Made by a program: the position numbers and the translations under genes. From NCBI GenBank assembly GCA_963702025.1, contig OY969699.1, positions 224,001-288,000 of the forward strand: 64,000 nucleotides of DNA, written 5' to 3'. Shown here piece by piece: positions 19,662 to 29,983 of the stretch (the stretch's first letter is position 1; every line of letters begins with the position of its first letter). Under the pieces are notes generated by a model that saw only the letters and a list, made by a program, of their open reading frames with translations, was not told the DNA's origin and did not search any database. This stretch comes from an uncultured bacterium (GTDB lineage Bacteria; Babelota; Babeliae; Babelales; Vermiphilaceae).

Positions 19662-20126
19662 ATGTTGATTATTTTTATCGCAATTGCTTTATGTCCTCAT
19701 ATTTTACACAGCATGGAAGAGCATGATAGAAACGCGCAATCAAGTAGCATCATGATTAAACAATCATCCGACAAAACATCGCCGGCCCATTCGCCGCTGG
19801 AACCTTCAGCACTCACTAATAAAATAAAACAACAACAGTTTGAGATAAACCATACCGTTGATACTATAACAAATCAGGCCACCAAATGGCTCTACGATGC
19901 TCAAGTTGATTCGGATAGTGAATTGGGCGATCCGGAAATCAGATATTATATTGAAGATATTTGGAAAGAAAATTATAAACAGATTATCGAAAAAATAATA
20001 AAGGATCCTAAGACTAATATTGAGGATACGCAAATAGCGTTAGAACTTGTTTCTCATACCGCACAACTTGCAATTTTTCTCAATAAAATATCCAACTGGC
20101 ATTCGCAAAAAAAAACTATTAAATAA
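19662..20126 (+). CDS. Hypothetical secreted protein (LHS-MEE)
   Basis: AGGAG RBS, signal peptide followed by Met-Glu. Confidence 0.7.
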   Translation: MLIIFIAIALCPHILHSMEEHDRNAQSSSIMIKQSSDKTSPAHSPLEPSALTNKIKQQQFEINHTVDTITNQATKWLYDAQVDSDSELGDPEIRYYIEDIWKENYKQIIEKIIKDPKTNIEDTQIALELVSHTAQLAIFLNKISNWHSQKKTIK

Positions 20127-20152
20127 TTATTCAAACAGCCCGCTCCAATTAA

Positions 20153-20605
20153 TCATCTCCTCAAGCGCATTTTTGGAGATAATTGCATTATCATGAGGCC
20201 GGCAACATACGTAAAAAGCCCTCCTATGGCAACCATCTCAGCAGTGCATAGAGGAGAGATTGGGCTCACATAATCGGGATTCAAACAAATATTCTCCGCA
20301 GGCAAATCAAATAACTTTTCACATCCATCGGCAAACAGCGTTGAATAGGCCACAAGTACACCTGCTCCAGAAACGCTCAATCCAGCCGCAGCAAAGGGAT
20401 CAGTTTTAATGGTGTCTTTTATTTTTTCATAAAGGGTTAATTGTTTATTATTGCTAGTCACTATTGCTTTTTCTTCATCATATTCGGGATCTTGAGCAGC
20501 ATAATGGTAAATTTTTCTGGTTCGTCTCTTTTTGCCTTCAAGCCTCATCGCATCAAGCTGAGTAACGCAAATATAACCTAAGAGTATTGCTAAAAACCAT
20601 TTCAT
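20153..20605 (-). CDS. Hypothetical secreted/membrane protein (LDA-MRLEGKKRRTRK)
   Basis: Signal peptide, basic patch, two hydrophobic segments. Confidence 0.7.
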   Translation of the reverse strand: MKWFLAILLGYICVTQLDAMRLEGKKRRTRKIYHYAAQDPEYDEEKAIVTSNNKQLTLYEKIKDTIKTDPFAAAGLSVSGAGVLVAYSTLFADGCEKLFDLPAENICLNPDYVSPISPLCTAEMVAIGGLFTYVAGLMIMQLSPKMRLRR

Positions 20606-21030
20606 AGTGTGCCCTTCAAAAAATCATCTGCCTTTTGTAAAATTGATTTTGCATTCGCGTAGGTGAGCCGCTCATAGGCTTTTTCAAAGGGTAACCACAG
20701 ATAGCCCGAATGTTCCCGGGATAATGCTACTCGTTCTTGGTCAGCGCTTCCTAAAAAAAATACTACTGTTTTTTCAATCGGTTTACCGCGTTCTTTAAAA
20801 TTATACTGCAATGATTCTTCAAATCCCGGAACAATCTCTGCCGTTAAACCGGTTTCTTCTTTAAGTTCCCGATGCGCCGCTTGCATCATGGTCTCACCAG
20901 GCTCTAATTTTCCTTTTGCAAAATCCCAGTGCCCACCAAGGTAATGCAACACCAGATAGTGCGGTTCATGATCTTTTTGTATATAGAGAATTATTCCCGC
21001 ACATTGTTGTTTAATCATGATTTCACTCAC
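20602..21030 (-). CDS. Nudix hydrolase, Ap4A hydrolase-like
   Basis: Nudix box GKLEPGETMMQAAHRELKEETG; HWDFAKG; LSREH. Confidence 0.92.
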   Translation of the reverse strand: MSEIMIKQQCAGIILYIQKDHEPHYLVLHYLGGHWDFAKGKLEPGETMMQAAHRELKEETGLTAEIVPGFEESLQYNFKERGKPIEKTVVFFLGSADQERVALSREHSGYLWLPFEKAYERLTYANAKSILQKADDFLKGTL

Positions 21031-21033
21031 ATT

Positions 21034-22584
21034 TTAATCTAAAAAATACAATTGAATACCACATTGTTTACGATATACATATAATAACAAACCGGCTATC
21101 AGGCAGAGCGGGCTCACCCACAGCCAAAAGCCGATTTTTTCCAAGAAAAACGGTGACACATTTTCGGGTAGCGCGAACTTTAAAAATGCACCCGTGCATC
21201 TATACGCCACATAAAATATCCCGCTCACCACCGTTAGTTGAGCCAAATAGCGGAGTATAAAAATACCAAAATGGCGCGGATAGCCATGAAAGTTAAACTT
21301 TTTTTTCAAAAAATAAAATAACAAAATTGTTTGTACTATACCGGAAATAGTAGTAGCCGCAACAAGTCCCACGCCGGCAAACGACTGCATCAATAAATAA
21401 TTAAGCGCTATATTCAGCAGTGTTGCCACAATGCTCACGATCGTTGGTAGCCCCGGCGCATGGAGCGCATAAAAAAGATTTAATAATACTTTGTTAAATG
21501 AAAAGAAAAATAAGCCGAGGGCAAACACAATTAAAAATGTTCCGGCATCATGAGCTTGCTGCAGGGTGAACCGAGGAACAAATAACGTAATAAAAATATT
21601 ATTAGCAAAAAAGATAAGGGCGAGCATGCACGGAATAGTCACCCAAAAAACCAACTTGGCCGATTCATACAAAAAGAAGTTAAGCCGCTTTGGCGCATAG
21701 GTGCCGATACGTGAAAAATAGGGAAGCAAAATAGTAGAAAATGCCACGCCAAAAACTCCCATCGGAATACCCACAAAACGGTTGGCATAATAAATCAATG
21801 AAACTGATCCATCTGAAAGCAGGGAAGCAAAACTGGTATCTATAAATAAGCCCACTTCCATCACACTCATACTAAGTCCTGTCATACAAAATTTTGTTAA
21901 AACATGGGAAAATGATTGCCATGCCTTTTTGGTCACCGGTCCGAACCTAAATCCGGCCTTAAAATAGGCATAGAGGTGCTGCAAGAATTGCAAGAGGCCG
22001 CCCAGCAATATAAAAAAACATAAATAGGTAACCGGCAACGAAAAAAACAAACAAATGCACAAGCCGATAATAAAAACAATATTCAGCAAAATTGGCCCGA
22101 ATGCCGGCACAAAAAAACGGCCAACCGATTGCAGAGCTCCGGCCAAAATCGCGCTGCTGGAAATAAAAAAAATAAAGGGCATTAAAATGCGAAAAAAAGT
22201 TGTAGTTATAGCAATTTTTTCTTCGCCAAAACCCGGTACAATCACCCATAATAAATAGGGTGCAATAAGCATAGAAATGGCACAAACCACTAAAAGTGCA
22301 CCTTCAAAGAGTATAAAGGCAAATGAAAGCAAGCTCTCAGCTTCTTTGTGGTCTTTTTTGAGCGCAGCGATAAATGAGGGGACAAAGGCGGCAGAAAGCG
22401 CGCCCTCGGCAAAAATTTTGCGTAGGGTGTTGGGCACTTTGTATGCGGTAATAAATGCATCAGAGATTATGCCGGCCCCCAAATAGCGAACCATAAGCAG
22501 TTCACGAATGATTCCCAAAAATCTGCTCATTAAGGTGGTGCCGCCAACCTGCACACATTTTTTTAATACTGCTTTTTTATGCAT
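21034..22584 (-). CDS. murJ: Lipid II flippase MurJ
   Basis: SRFLGIIRE...DAF...PNTLRKIFAEGALSAAFVP; many TM helices. Confidence 0.95.
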   Translation of the reverse strand: MHKKAVLKKCVQVGGTTLMSRFLGIIRELLMVRYLGAGIISDAFITAYKVPNTLRKIFAEGALSAAFVPSFIAALKKDHKEAESLLSFAFILFEGALLVVCAISMLIAPYLLWVIVPGFGEEKIAITTTFFRILMPFIFFISSSAILAGALQSVGRFFVPAFGPILLNIVFIIGLCICLFFSLPVTYLCFFILLGGLLQFLQHLYAYFKAGFRFGPVTKKAWQSFSHVLTKFCMTGLSMSVMEVGLFIDTSFASLLSDGSVSLIYYANRFVGIPMGVFGVAFSTILLPYFSRIGTYAPKRLNFFLYESAKLVFWVTIPCMLALIFFANNIFITLFVPRFTLQQAHDAGTFLIVFALGLFFFSFNKVLLNLFYALHAPGLPTIVSIVATLLNIALNYLLMQSFAGVGLVAATTISGIVQTILLFYFLKKKFNFHGYPRHFGIFILRYLAQLTVVSGIFYVAYRCTGAFLKFALPENVSPFFLEKIGFWLWVSPLCLIAGLLLYVYRKQCGIQLYFLD

Positions 22585-22675
22585 AATCTGTTTTTCGTTA
22601 CATTTGAACAATAATTTCATTTTAGTATAGAGTGATTTATGCGCAAGTAAATCAATCAAAAATCCGGAGATATGC

Positions 22676-23224
22676 ATGATATTTGTATTGTTTGGTTTGG
22701 CCACACTCATTTTTTTGCCTCTTTTTTCAATGGAGTTTCCTACCAATGGTAAGAATATTGAAAAAGTAACAAGAAAAGCAGAGTCATTGACCGAAAAACT
22801 AACCAGGTTACAAACAGCTATATCCGAAAAGCTGCAGTTAACAGTGTCAAACGTAAAAGCCGAACACTACAATAAATGCAATGAATATATCGAGGATAAC
22901 CACCACGAAAAATTTTCTATGATTATTGGCTGGACAACGAACAAAAAGATAGTGGAATATTTACCTGCTTTTGAAAAAAATGTGGCAACTCTTATCGAAT
23001 TTGAGCAAGAACTGGCCAAAAATGAAACAAAATTATTGCAGGATCCTGAAAATCTCTATGAAGCAAACCAAAGAAATGATTTACTTGCAAAAATTAATTC
23101 GAACGACAATCAGTTGCTTGAAACGGTAATAACATTGATGTGCTACCATGAAGTGCGGCAAGCAGAACAGCTTATTAAAATTCAACGTAGGGCAAATCAG
23201 CCGATTATTAATACCAAGCCTTAG
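22676..23224 (+). CDS. Hypothetical secreted protein (LFS-MEF)
   Basis: GGAG RBS, signal peptide, helical body. Confidence 0.7.
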   Translation: MIFVLFGLATLIFLPLFSMEFPTNGKNIEKVTRKAESLTEKLTRLQTAISEKLQLTVSNVKAEHYNKCNEYIEDNHHEKFSMIIGWTTNKKIVEYLPAFEKNVATLIEFEQELAKNETKLLQDPENLYEANQRNDLLAKINSNDNQLLETVITLMCYHEVRQAEQLIKIQRRANQPIINTKP

Positions 23225-25143
23225 GCGCCATGCAATTCTTCCCATTCTTGCATAAGCTGCTTATGCTGTTCTTTAAGCAGTAGCAGATCTTGTTCAGCCA
23301 TTTTATAGGAATCGGTGCCATAAGAGAGTTCAGCGAAGGCCAATTCTTGCGCAGCTATTTTCTGTTCAAGCTGATCAATTTTTTTCTCAATTAAACGGCT
23401 TTTTTTGAGGAAGTCATTATTCAGTTCACTCGTGCCCACCGCAGAACTTTTTTGCTGACTTGCAGACGCATTCATTGAGCGCACGGCACCATGGGACTGC
23501 CCAAGTGTTGGCTTATTTGTTGCAATTTCAGTTTCTTTAAGTTGCATCTGCTTCTTGTAATACAAAAACTGATCATAATTACCATCAAAGCTAATAATGC
23601 CGGTCGGCGTTAGCTCAATTACTCGCGTTGCCAAATCATTTAAAAATGCCCGATCATGAGAAACAAACAAAATAGTGCCCTCATATTTTCGCAATGCTTC
23701 CAACAAAATCTTTTTTGAATCGATATCAAGGTGGTTGGTCGGCTCATCGAGTAGCAAAAAGTTGGTTTGCTGCAGAAGCGTTTTTACCATGCCCACTCTA
23801 TTTTTTTCACCGCCACTCAAAACTTCTATCTTTTTATGAACATCGTCACCACTAAATAAAAATGCGCCTAAAAATGATCGCATCGTTGGTATGGTGACCC
23901 CGCGGGGACAAGAATCCTCAATATTTTCAAGAACGGTTTTTTTACCATCCAATGCAGCATTTTGGTCCTGATCAAATAATGTTTTGGTAACATTTGAACC
24001 GAAGGTGATTGTCCCCTTTTGCAGGGGCAATTTGCCGCTAATAAGATTGAGCAGCGTTGATTTTCCAACTCCATTGCCGGCAACCAGCGCCACTTTTTGA
24101 CCGCGCTCAATTTCAAGATTCACATTTTTAAAGATTTCTCGATCTCCAAAAGAAAAAGCCACATTATCAACTTTTAGGACCAATGTTCCTGAACGTGTAA
24201 TGGGGGGAAAAGAAAAATTCATCGTTTTTAAGGTCGGCGGCAATACAATACGCTCAAGCTTATCAAGCTGTTTTATCATACTTTGTGCTTGCTTAGCACG
24301 TGAAGCGCTTGCGCGGAACTTATTAATAATCTCTTGTTTATGTTTAATCTCTTTTTGCTGTAATTGATAAGCAGATTCCAAAAGGGCCCGATTATGCTCT
24401 TTTTGAATTTCGTAAGCGCTATAATTTCCTTGATAAAAGGTAGCTTTTCCCTGTTCCAATTCAAGAATCTGATTACAAAGCGCATCTAAAAAATACCGCT
24501 CATGGCACACGAGCATAAAACCAAAAGGGGCATCTTTTAAAAAATCGAGGAACCAATCTTTGGCGAAGATATCCAAGTGGTTGGTTGGCTCATCAAAGAG
24601 ATAAAAATCGGCATTTTGCAATAATAATTTTGCCAACACAATTCGCATACGCCAGCCAACACTGAGTGAAAGTACCGGATTGCCAAAATCTGCTTCTTTA
24701 AATCCAAGCCCCAAAAGCATCTTTTTTGCTTGAGCTCCCAAACTGTCGGGGTTAAGCTCACGCAGCTTTTCATGCAGCTGAGCATACTCTTCAAGGTCAT
24801 CTTGCTCATGAGTATGGGTTAGTTTTTCTTCTAATTCAATAAGCTTTGCCTGCAGTGCCGCAATATCAGCAAAAGCGGTCATAGTTTCATCAAGAATGGA
24901 AAGCGAGGAAGAAAGCACCACATCTTGAGCCAAATAGGCTATTTTTTTTCGTTTACTTACGGTAATTGAACCATCATCCAGTAGTTGCATACCCACAATT
25001 GCTTCCAGCAATGTGGATTTGCCCGATCCATTGGCACCAATGAGCCCAATGCGTTGGTCATCCTTGATATCAAAAGAGATATCATCGAATAACATGCGTG
25101 AACCAAATGATAGATAAATAGAATTAGCTTGTATCATATACAA
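23221..25143 (-). CDS. ABC-F family ATPase
   Basis: Two ABC domains (GANGSGKST, GNGVGKST; DEPTNHLD twice), no TM helices, C-terminal coiled coil. Confidence 0.95.
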   Translation of the reverse strand: MYMIQANSIYLSFGSRMLFDDISFDIKDDQRIGLIGANGSGKSTLLEAIVGMQLLDDGSITVSKRKKIAYLAQDVVLSSSLSILDETMTAFADIAALQAKLIELEEKLTHTHEQDDLEEYAQLHEKLRELNPDSLGAQAKKMLLGLGFKEADFGNPVLSLSVGWRMRIVLAKLLLQNADFYLFDEPTNHLDIFAKDWFLDFLKDAPFGFMLVCHERYFLDALCNQILELEQGKATFYQGNYSAYEIQKEHNRALLESAYQLQQKEIKHKQEIINKFRASASRAKQAQSMIKQLDKLERIVLPPTLKTMNFSFPPITRSGTLVLKVDNVAFSFGDREIFKNVNLEIERGQKVALVAGNGVGKSTLLNLISGKLPLQKGTITFGSNVTKTLFDQDQNAALDGKKTVLENIEDSCPRGVTIPTMRSFLGAFLFSGDDVHKKIEVLSGGEKNRVGMVKTLLQQTNFLLLDEPTNHLDIDSKKILLEALRKYEGTILFVSHDRAFLNDLATRVIELTPTGIISFDGNYDQFLYYKKQMQLKETEIATNKPTLGQSHGAVRSMNASASQQKSSAVGTSELNNDFLKKSRLIEKKIDQLEQKIAAQELAFAELSYGTDSYKMAEQDLLLLKEQHKQLMQEWEELHGA

Positions 25144-25235
25144 AAGTATAAGCTAGATAACAGCCAAGAGCAAACGTTGCTTGCAATATTTGATCAAATG
25201 AATACGCTAATGCCAAATATTAGAAAGGAAACAAG

Positions 25236-25970
25236 ATGTACTATAACAAAAAAACATATCTCTTAGTATTGGCAACACTATCTTTGACCAGTATGGAACC
25301 AGATCTTCCAAAGCTATCACCCAAAACGCAAGAAGCGCTCGATGCTTTTCAGGGAAATGATTCATTTAATATTCAAGGTGCCGGATCCCCTAACAAACAT
25401 TTTTCGCCCGATACCTCAGATAAACCGCTAAAAAAACGAAAGCTGGAATTTACCGAACAATTATCTGGACGCCTTGAACAATTGCACAAAGATACAAAAA
25501 GAGACCTTGCAGAGCTTTGTAATGCAGAATGCGATAAGTTCTTTGGTCAATTGAAAAATTTAATCGTGCTCAAATCACATGCAAACAAAGAAACACAAGA
25601 CTATGAAATTAAAGAAATTGCCGAAAAGACCCTCGCCAATAATCAGGCAATTTTGTTACTGTTGAGCACAAACTATGCCACCTTGCACAGTGGAAGAGAA
25701 GAGTTAATGAAAAGCCAAAATCAGGAAGAAATTTTTAGTTCGAGCCCACTCTTTAACTTCATTTCAGAAAAACAGCGCAATAATACAAAAGAGATTTTTC
25801 AATTTCAGACCAGTGACATGTGCGCTCGCAATGCGATTAATTTTTTTAATAATCAATTATCCTCTACTCTCGTTGAAATTGCTAAAAGTGATTTATTACA
25901 ACAAAGAGAGGAAGACGACGAAGAAGAGTCTGAAAATAATAACTCTAGCCAACGAGCAAATAATCATTAA
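25236..25970 (+). CDS. Hypothetical secreted protein with NLS-like KPLKKRK; paralog of next gene
   Basis: LTS-MEP; shares LHK...ECDKxF and FQxQxSxxC with the 25984 gene. Confidence 0.75.
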   Translation: MYYNKKTYLLVLATLSLTSMEPDLPKLSPKTQEALDAFQGNDSFNIQGAGSPNKHFSPDTSDKPLKKRKLEFTEQLSGRLEQLHKDTKRDLAELCNAECDKFFGQLKNLIVLKSHANKETQDYEIKEIAEKTLANNQAILLLLSTNYATLHSGREELMKSQNQEEIFSSSPLFNFISEKQRNNTKEIFQFQTSDMCARNAINFFNNQLSSTLVEIAKSDLLQQREEDDEEESENNNSSQRANNH

Positions 25971-25983
25971 AAGGAGAAACTTA

Positions 25984-26559
25984 ATGTATAGAAACCATAT
26001 AGTGCTTATGATTTTAGTAATCTTCCCCATAACTGCTATGGAATCCAAAAAAAGGGGTCCGGAGCAAGAGCTAGCCGAATCAAAAGAAAAAAAACAAAAA
26101 GGCGACAAATCTTCAGAAATTTTCGAGGAAATAAGAGTATTGCACAAAGAAATCAGCAAAGAATATCAGGGAAAATTTAAACAAGAGTGTGATAAATCGT
26201 TCGAAAGGATTATAGAACTCATTAAGATTCGCGATGCTCATGAGGATACGACTTCTTATTCCTTTCTCAGGGAAATTATTGAAATATTAAAACGAGAGAA
26301 TAGCCTAGCAATATCAATCCATGCAGAAACAGCAGAAAATAGTTTAAAAGCGTGGCATGGCAACATAAATATGAAAAAATATGAAGATTTAATTTGCGCC
26401 GAAAATTTGATTAATATGAACTTGGCCGAAGCAGAGCAACAAATAGATAAGCGTTTTCAATTACAAATAAGCCAGTTTTGTTATGAAAAAATTAGTATAG
26501 CTGCTAAAAGAAAAATCGCGTTTGAAATGATTGAAGAAGCGAAGAGGTATGAAGACTAA
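25984..26559 (+). CDS. Hypothetical secreted protein with bipartite NLS-like motif
   Basis: AGGAG RBS; ITA-MESKKRGPEQELAESKEKKQK. Confidence 0.75.
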   Translation: MYRNHIVLMILVIFPITAMESKKRGPEQELAESKEKKQKGDKSSEIFEEIRVLHKEISKEYQGKFKQECDKSFERIIELIKIRDAHEDTTSYSFLREIIEILKRENSLAISIHAETAENSLKAWHGNINMKKYEDLICAENLINMNLAEAEQQIDKRFQLQISQFCYEKISIAAKRKIAFEMIEEAKRYED

Positions 26560-27243
26560 TTATACCACCTGTACCAACAAACCATCCTTGAGCGCATAGA
26601 CATTTTCCAGTCTTTCGGTCACATATCGATCATGGGAACTAATAATAAGTCCCATGCCCCATTCTTTTTGCATGCGCAAAATCACCTCAAGAACAGAGAT
26701 TCCCGTGTGGACGTCTAGATTCCCCGTAGGTTCATCGGCAAGCAAAAATACCGGCCGATTCATCAAAGCCCGCGCAAGCGCCACCCGTTGTTGCTGCCCA
26801 CCAGAAAGTTGGCCCGGATACGAATCAATTTTTGAGGCAAGCCCCACCATTTCCAAAAGTTCTTTGGCCTGCAGGCTACAAGCATGCTCGGCTTGGCCGG
26901 CAATTAAGCCTTTAAGCATAACGTTTTCTATGGTGCTTAACTCTTTAATAAGATAGGGATATTGAAAAACGAGCCCAATCGATTGATTTAAAAATACTTT
27001 TTTTTGGCGAGCAGAAAAGTGATTAATATCGGCATTATCGTAATAAATGGCACCGGAAGTGGGCTCATCAAGACCTGCCAAAAGATGCAAAAGAGTCGAT
27101 TTTCCGCTGCCCGAAACGCCGGTTAACCCGTATGATTTGCCTCGGGCAAAATCAAAGGTGATTCCTTGCAGCACCCAGATATCTGATGTTCCTTGGGTAT
27201 ATTTCTTTGTAACAGAACGGGCAGATAATGAATGTACATTCAT
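26560..27243 (-). CDS. lolD: LolD-like ABC transporter ATP-binding subunit
   Basis: [33 protein letters not shown]. Confidence 0.8.
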   Translation of the reverse strand: MNVHSLSARSVTKKYTQGTSDIWVLQGITFDFARGKSYGLTGVSGSGKSTLLHLLAGLDEPTSGAIYYDNADINHFSARQKKVFLNQSIGLVFQYPYLIKELSTIENVMLKGLIAGQAEHACSLQAKELLEMVGLASKIDSYPGQLSGGQQQRVALARALMNRPVFLLADEPTGNLDVHTGISVLEVILRMQKEWGMGLIISSHDRYVTERLENVYALKDGLLVQVV

Positions 27244-27437
27244 GATTACTCTTTTAAATAAATGACAAATCTACATACAGTATTATCACAAAACAAATGT
27301 GTTTTCAAAAAGAAGATTCGCCCTTTTGCCGTTAAATATTGTCTTTGTGCACAACAGGCCCCTACAATTGGAATGTAGGGTAATGAATATCGAGCGTAAA
27401 AATACACGCGTAGATAAATTCGATTGAGGGGGAGTGA

Positions 27438-29801
27438 ATGAAAACGGTTTTAAACAAAGACATGCATGAACATATTCCAGAAATGCTCCCAGTAATTCCG
27501 ACGATGGATGTTGTTGTGTTTCCACATATGATTGTGCCACTGTTAGTGCTTGATGAAAAGATTATCAAGGGCATTAATCAATCACTACAAGAAGCCAAAT
27601 TGGTATTACTGCTTGCGGCAAAAAAACAGATCGATAGCGATGAGGGGATCGCTACCAAAGATCTCTATTCTATAGGAACAGTTGCATCTATTATGCGGCT
27701 CATAAAAATACCCGAAGGGGGAATAAAGATCCTCGTTCAGGGCATCTGCAAAGCCGAGGCAAAAAATATTCTGGCATCAGAGGACAGCTTACAAGCTATG
27801 GTGAGCAAAATCTCCAACAGCGGCGATAAAAACAAAGACGAAATCCAGGCACACATAAAAAACATTAAGAATTTAGCGGAAAAAATGGCAATGGCCGGCA
27901 ATGCGTTTAGCCCGGATTTTCATATTATTCTTTCTAAGATGCAGGATCCGGATAAAATTGCGGATTTTATATTGTCCCATCTTAATCTTGGGGTTGAGCA
28001 GGCCCAAAACTTGCTAGAAATTAATGAACAAGCAGTACTGCTTGAAGCATTATATCGTCTTCTTGCCAAAGAGATGGAAATGGCCGACATGCAAGAAAAG
28101 ATCCGCAACAGCGCCCGGGATTCCATGAACAAAGCGCAAAAAGAGTTTTATCTACGGGAACAAATGCGCGCGATAAAAAAAGAGCTTGGTGAAGACGATC
28201 TTGAAGAATTAGACGTAATGCGCGAACGGCTAGAAAAACTTGCAGCACCCGAAGAAGTAAAAACTGAAGTGCGTCGCCACATAAATCGGCTGGAAAAAAC
28301 ATCACCCGATTCCATGGAAGCCACCGTTACGCGTAATTATTTAGAGTGGATCTTTGGTTTACCATGGCAAATATTCACGGTGGATAATTTAGATATTGCT
28401 CATGCCAAAAATATCCTTGATGAAGATCATCATGGGCTTAAAGAAATTAAAGAGCGGATCCTTGATTTTATTTCCATACGCAAATTAAAGACCGATGGCT
28501 TTGCACCAATTTTATGTTTTGTGGGTCCTCCAGGCACGGGCAAAACATCACTGGGACAATCCATCGCACGTGCTTTAGGGAGAACCTATTTCCGTATTTC
28601 ACTGGGCGGCGTTAAAGATGAAGCGGAGATCCGCGGACATCGCCGCACCTACGTTGGCGCAATGCCGGGGCGGTTTATTCAGGCAGTAAAAAAATCGGGC
28701 AGTTGTAATCCGGTAATTGTAATTGATGAACTTGATAAAATCGGTTCTGATTTTAGGGGTGATCCATCGGCCGCGATGCTAGAAGTACTCGATCCGCAAC
28801 AAAACAAAACCTTTTATGATAATTATTTAGGAATTCCTTTTGATCTTTCTCATGTGATGTTTATTGCAACGGCAAACTCATTGGAAACTATTTCCGAGCC
28901 ATTGCGTGATCGCATGGAAATAATTGAAGTTTCAGGTTACACTCACGAAGAAAAACTCAATATTGCTCGCATGCATCTGATTAAAAAAGCGATTATAGAC
29001 GCCGGGATGGCTGATCAGGAATTATGCCTTGAAGATGCATTAATTCTGGATATCATCAGCAACTACACCAAAGAATCGGGCGTGCGGCAACTTGAGCGCA
29101 TTATACGAAAATTATGTTCCAAGGCAGCGCGCATGTATGTGCAAGAAGATAAAGTGATAACCTTTGATCAAGACAATCTGCATCTCTATCTTGGCCCGCG
29201 AAAATTCTTAGAAGATGAGCTTGATAAAGAAGATCAAATTGGCATTAGCAACGGGCTTGCCTGGACAGCATATGGCGGTGAAATGATCAAAATTGAAGCG
29301 GTTCTAATGCCAGGCAAAGGTAAACTTTTATTAACCGGTCAACTGGGCGACGTGATGAAAGAATCTGCGCAGGCAGCGGTGAGTTATGCGCGTTCCCATG
29401 CAAAAGACTTTAATATTGATCAAAAATTGTTCACCAACTACGATTTGCATATTCATGTGCCGGCCGGCGGCGTGCCAAAAGATGGCCCATCGGCAGGAAT
29501 AACCATGCTTACGGCTATTCTTTCGGTTCTCACGCAACGGCCAATAAATGCGCATTACGCAATGACCGGTGAGCTAAATCTCCGTGGCGAAGTTATGCCA
29601 ATTGGCGGCGTAAAAGAGAAGATCTTGGCAGCAAAACGTAATAAGGTTGATCATATTATTTTGCCGTATAAAAATAAGAATGATTTAACCGGCATTGAAG
29701 AGATTGCGCAGGATATCAAAGTTATCTGGGTGCATCATGCCAACGAAGTGATTCAACATGTGCTGCTGCCGGCTGAAGATAAAATAGCCAAAGCAGCGTA
29801 A
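27438..29801 (+). CDS. lon: ATP-dependent protease La
   Basis: N-domain, GPPGTGKTS, RRTYVGAMPG, PKDGPSAG catalytic Ser, KEK catalytic Lys. Confidence 0.98.
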   Translation: MKTVLNKDMHEHIPEMLPVIPTMDVVVFPHMIVPLLVLDEKIIKGINQSLQEAKLVLLLAAKKQIDSDEGIATKDLYSIGTVASIMRLIKIPEGGIKILVQGICKAEAKNILASEDSLQAMVSKISNSGDKNKDEIQAHIKNIKNLAEKMAMAGNAFSPDFHIILSKMQDPDKIADFILSHLNLGVEQAQNLLEINEQAVLLEALYRLLAKEMEMADMQEKIRNSARDSMNKAQKEFYLREQMRAIKKELGEDDLEELDVMRERLEKLAAPEEVKTEVRRHINRLEKTSPDSMEATVTRNYLEWIFGLPWQIFTVDNLDIAHAKNILDEDHHGLKEIKERILDFISIRKLKTDGFAPILCFVGPPGTGKTSLGQSIARALGRTYFRISLGGVKDEAEIRGHRRTYVGAMPGRFIQAVKKSGSCNPVIVIDELDKIGSDFRGDPSAAMLEVLDPQQNKTFYDNYLGIPFDLSHVMFIATANSLETISEPLRDRMEIIEVSGYTHEEKLNIARMHLIKKAIIDAGMADQELCLEDALILDIISNYTKESGVRQLERIIRKLCSKAARMYVQEDKVITFDQDNLHLYLGPRKFLEDELDKEDQIGISNGLAWTAYGGEMIKIEAVLMPGKGKLLLTGQLGDVMKESAQAAVSYARSHAKDFNIDQKLFTNYDLHIHVPAGGVPKDGPSAGITMLTAILSVLTQRPINAHYAMTGELNLRGEVMPIGGVKEKILAAKRNKVDHIILPYKNKNDLTGIEEIAQDIKVIWVHHANEVIQHVLLPAEDKIAKAA

Positions 29802-29820
29802 TAGTAAAACAATTTTTACC

Positions 29821-29854
29821 AAAGAGCAGCTTTACAAAAAGCTGCTCTTTTTTT
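29821..29854 (+). terminator. Rho-independent terminator of lon
   Basis: 13-bp stem AAAGAGCAGCTTT/AAAGCTGCTCTTT followed by a T-run. Confidence 0.85.
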
Positions 29855-29983
29855 GTACCTATTTGCTCCGAATGCTCATCCTCTTGTATACTCATTGCTG
29901 CACTTTTGCATCGCGCACGCTTATCTTAAAAAAATATTGGCCAAAAAATGTAAACCAAAATTGTGTTGCAGGGGTCATTCATT

